NCBI GenBank assembly: GCA_963707025.1
Contig: CAVPOM010000005.1
Span: forward strand, 352,001 to 416,000
Direction: 5' to 3'
Length of the DNA: 64,000 nt
DNA from: an uncultured Verrucomicrobiae bacterium
GTDB lineage: Bacteria; Verrucomicrobiota; Verrucomicrobiia; Limisphaerales; Palsa-1400
Below, piece after piece: positions 61,455-64,000 of the stretch. The position numbers and the translations under genes are program-made. The notes beneath the pieces were generated by a model, which worked only from the letters and a program-made list of their open reading frames with translations, had not been told where the DNA came from and did not search any database. How positions within the stretch are numbered: position 1 is the stretch's first letter; every line of letters begins with the position of its first letter.

Positions 61455-63124
61455 TTGTTGGCGGGGTTCAAATCCAGGTTCATGGCCGGTTTCTGATCGC
61501 TCAGGAACGGCGTCTTGTCGTGATTGTAGAAGGCGAAAAGGTGGGTGTTGGAATGGACGTAAAGAACGCCATTGGCCACAATGGGAGTGGAATAGATGGG
61601 GGCGCCGAGGTTGACCAGGCTCAGGATTTTCTTCTCCTTGCTGGCGGCGAAGACGACAAAGTCGCCGTCTTCATCCCCGCAATAGACCTTGCCGTCGGCC
61701 ACCAGAGTGGATCCCCACATGTGCGATTTCATGTCATGCTGCCAATACAGCTGGCCGGTGTCGGCGTCGAAACAATGGACGAAGCCGGAGAAATCGCCCA
61801 CGAACAACAGCCCGTCGGGGGTGATGCCGACGGTGGAAAGACTGCGGTGGATTTTGTCGTAGCTCCAGATTTTGGCGGTTTTGGTGACATCGCCCGTTTT
61901 GGTGGCGTCAATGCAAGAGATATTGCCGACGCCTTCGCCGTGTTCGGGGTCCTGGCCGACGGCGACGTAAACGCGGTTGTGCCAGAACACCGGGGTGGCG
62001 TTGATTTCGCTCGGGCCGTCCGGAGCCGGGTATTTGTGGGCGGGATCGTTGGCCCGGCGTTCGGGGGGATTGCAGTCGAACCACCAGACTTTTTTCATGT
62101 AATCGGTGTCTTTGTCCTCGAAACGATTGACGGGGGGGCCGGGCACGACCGGGACGATGGGCGCGCCCGTTCCTTTTTCGGGCGTGGCGTTGAAGGCGTA
62201 GCAGATGCCGTCGCCCCCGCCGAAGAAGATCAATTGTTTGCCGTTGACCACGCCGGTGGAGGGGGAAGTCCATTGCCCGTGGAAAATGCGCGGGCCGATG
62301 CCGGCGTTGTCCTCCGCCACCAGCTTGCCGGTTTTTTTGTTGAGCACGATGTAGCTGGGAGAGAAGGGCGAGGGAATGTTGACATGCCCCCAATCCTGGC
62401 CGTTGGAGGTGCAGGCATAAATGTTATCGCCCACGATAAGCAGCGAGCAATTGGAGGCGTTGTGCGGAAAGACGCCCAATTCATCCATCATATCGTAGCG
62501 CCAAATGATGTCGGCGTCGCGCGGGCCGATCTTGGCCGGCGGGTTGCCCGGCCCGGCCACGTATTGGGCTTCGGCGGTGAAAGGGCCTTCATTTTTGCCC
62601 GAAGCCATGCCGTCGGTGCTCAGGCAGATGACTTCGCAACGGCTGGTGACCAGATATACCCGGTTTCCCTCCACGCAGGGCGAGGAGAGCAGGCCCAGGT
62701 TTTCCCAGTCGTTGACCTTGCCGGAGGCCAGTTTGGGAACGACCAACTGCCAGAGAAAGTCCCCGGTCTTTTCATCGAAGCACATCAGGATGCTGCGGTC
62801 GCCCTGGTGCTGCGGGTCGCGCGGATTTTCGTTGTTGGTGCCGATGAAGACCTTGCCGCCGGCCACCACCACGTTGCCGTAACTTTGCGAGCCGACCTTG
62901 GCGATCCACTTGACGTTGGGGAGGTTGTTCGTCTGGATTTCCTCCGTGCCGGGCTTGAACTTGACACTGGCCTTGTTGGTGCTGGCGAAGTGGTCGGGCA
63001 GGCCGGTTTCCGGCGAATACATGTTGCGCCCCGGATCGTTGCCGCCCCAGCGGGGCCAGTCGGCCGCGGGGGAAACCAGGCCGCACAGGGCCAGCGCCGC
63101 GGAGAGAGTGGAGAATTTTTTCAT
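61451..63124 (-). CDS. Secreted PQQ-binding-like beta-propeller protein
   Basis: DWPRWGG..RN, repeated D.KTG..LW units, YSTPIVANGVLY. Confidence 0.85.
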   Translation of the reverse strand: MKKFSTLSAALALCGLVSPAADWPRWGGNDPGRNMYSPETGLPDHFASTNKASVKFKPGTEEIQTNNLPNVKWIAKVGSQSYGNVVVAGGKVFIGTNNENPRDPQHQGDRSILMCFDEKTGDFLWQLVVPKLASGKVNDWENLGLLSSPCVEGNRVYLVTSRCEVICLSTDGMASGKNEGPFTAEAQYVAGPGNPPAKIGPRDADIIWRYDMMDELGVFPHNASNCSLLIVGDNIYACTSNGQDWGHVNIPSPFSPSYIVLNKKTGKLVAEDNAGIGPRIFHGQWTSPSTGVVNGKQLIFFGGGDGICYAFNATPEKGTGAPIVPVVPGPPVNRFEDKDTDYMKKVWWFDCNPPERRANDPAHKYPAPDGPSEINATPVFWHNRVYVAVGQDPEHGEGVGNISCIDATKTGDVTKTAKIWSYDKIHRSLSTVGITPDGLLFVGDFSGFVHCFDADTGQLYWQHDMKSHMWGSTLVADGKVYCGDEDGDFVVFAASKEKKILSLVNLGAPIYSTPIVANGVLYVHSNTHLFAFYNHDKTPFLSDQKPAMNLDLNPANK

Positions 63125-63133
63125 GGGTTTCGA

Positions 63134-64000
63134 TCAATTGCCAGTGACGGCGATGTTGTCAATATAAACGCGCTGGGCTTGCGGCGAAAATCCAAACAAC
63201 CCGGGGCAGCCGCTGGCGTTGATGTGTTTGAGGGGCACTTCGCTGGTCCAGGCCTCCGGCTCCGCGCCGCCTTTCTTCCAGGCTTTGGCGCGGACGACGC
63301 CCGAGCCGTCGCTGGCCGCGTCCACGCGCGTTTTCAGATGGTACCAGGCGTTGGGCTCCCAGGCGAAGGGCGTCTCCACCCCGGGCACGGCTTGACTGAG
63401 CAATTCCTGGTTGGAGGTAATCTCCAATTTCTTGGCGTTGCCTTTGAGCATGATGAGGTAACGCTGGTTGATCAGCCCGACATCGGACATTTTGAATCTG
63501 TTGCCTTCGCTCATGACGTCGGCTTCGATGGTGTAATTCCTCAGCCCGGGCAGGCCCATGAAAACCATGGCCCGCTGGAAAAACGGGTTGTCAACCGTCT
63601 TGACAAGGCAGTTGTTGCCGTCTTTTTCCCGCACCTCAAATTTGAAGCGCGCCCCGATCCACGGCAGCGGCGGGTAGGCGAATTTGGTCGGCGGCTCCAT
63701 CGCATTGGTGGTGGTCTCGTTCAGCGTGAATTCGTCGAAATTCTCCCGGATCGGCAGTCCGGGCAGGATGCGTCCGCGGATGGTGCCGGACAGACCGCCC
63801 ATCTTGGCCATGAACGCTCCGGCCGAGGGAGTCTTGTCGGGGGTGGCGATCAATTCTCCCTGCGCGTTGAACTCGGCCTTCATGACTGACTTGACCTTCG
63901 CCGTCGGCGGCACGTAGTGAGCCCATTCGATTCTTTGCGGATCGCTGATCTCCTCCACGGTCAAACCGTTGGCGTCCAGCGAACGGACGCGCACGCCGGC
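63134..64000 (-). CDS. C-terminal part of a protein running off the window (beta-sandwich tail, probably of another propeller protein)
   Basis: Open frame to the window edge. WYHLKTRV..VRAKAW..EPEAWT..YIDNI resembles a lectin-like fold. Confidence 0.6.
   Translation of the reverse strand, partial: AGVRVRSLDANGLTVEEISDPQRIEWAHYVPPTAKVKSVMKAEFNAQGELIATPDKTPSAGAFMAKMGGLSGTIRGRILPGLPIRENFDEFTLNETTTNAMEPPTKFAYPPLPWIGARFKFEVREKDGNNCLVKTVDNPFFQRAMVFMGLPGLRNYTIEADVMSEGNRFKMSDVGLINQRYLIMLKGNAKKLEITSNQELLSQAVPGVETPFAWEPNAWYHLKTRVDAASDGSGVVRAKAWKKGGAEPEAWTSEVPLKHINASGCPGLFGFSPQAQRVYIDNIAVTGN

Noticed and set aside
2571..63889. Long antisense ORFs (e.g. 2571..5141, 18038..20578, 33423..35342, 43379..45136, 61520..63889)
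   Set aside because: They mirror recognisable genes, carry no motifs and are expected in high-GC coding DNA.

Overview
GC-rich bacterial DNA, most consistent with Verrucomicrobiota (Pedosphaera-like). This is an inference from the H-X9-DG pilin-like protein, the LamG/Ig mega-protein and the PQQ-type beta-propellers. Scattered 1-2 nt frameshifts look like long-read errors. Layout: (1) 1-2.3 kb, the edge of a lipid/pigment-type cluster (MMPL exporter, lipoprotein, flavin halogenase-like enzyme). (2) 2.7-35.7 kb, a glycan-utilisation region with no SusC/D in the window: three GH2, one GH36/27-like, two GH127/146, a DUF4965 protein, GH92, a ~1770-aa LamG/Ig repeat protein, a pilin-like protein and a beta-propeller sensor kinase with a NarL-type regulator. 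A 4-copy palindrome, TGTGGC-N8-GCCACA, lies upstream of four of these genes. (3) 35.9-41 kb, a cytochrome c-fused PQQ dehydrogenase, a serine hydrolase and a propeller protein. (4) 41.7-55.5 kb, mostly housekeeping genes (holB, tRNA-Leu, hflX, miaA, lgt, hisD, hisC). (5) 55.6-64 kb, a minus-strand cluster of two propeller proteins, DUF3311 plus a sodium:solute symporter, an EhpF-like adenylation enzyme, an atypical aldehyde dehydrogenase lacking the usual Glu motif, and an Fe-alcohol dehydrogenase. Block 5 is the best candidate for an uncharacterised carboxylate/aldehyde/alcohol pathway. All calls come from motif recognition; no database searches were run.
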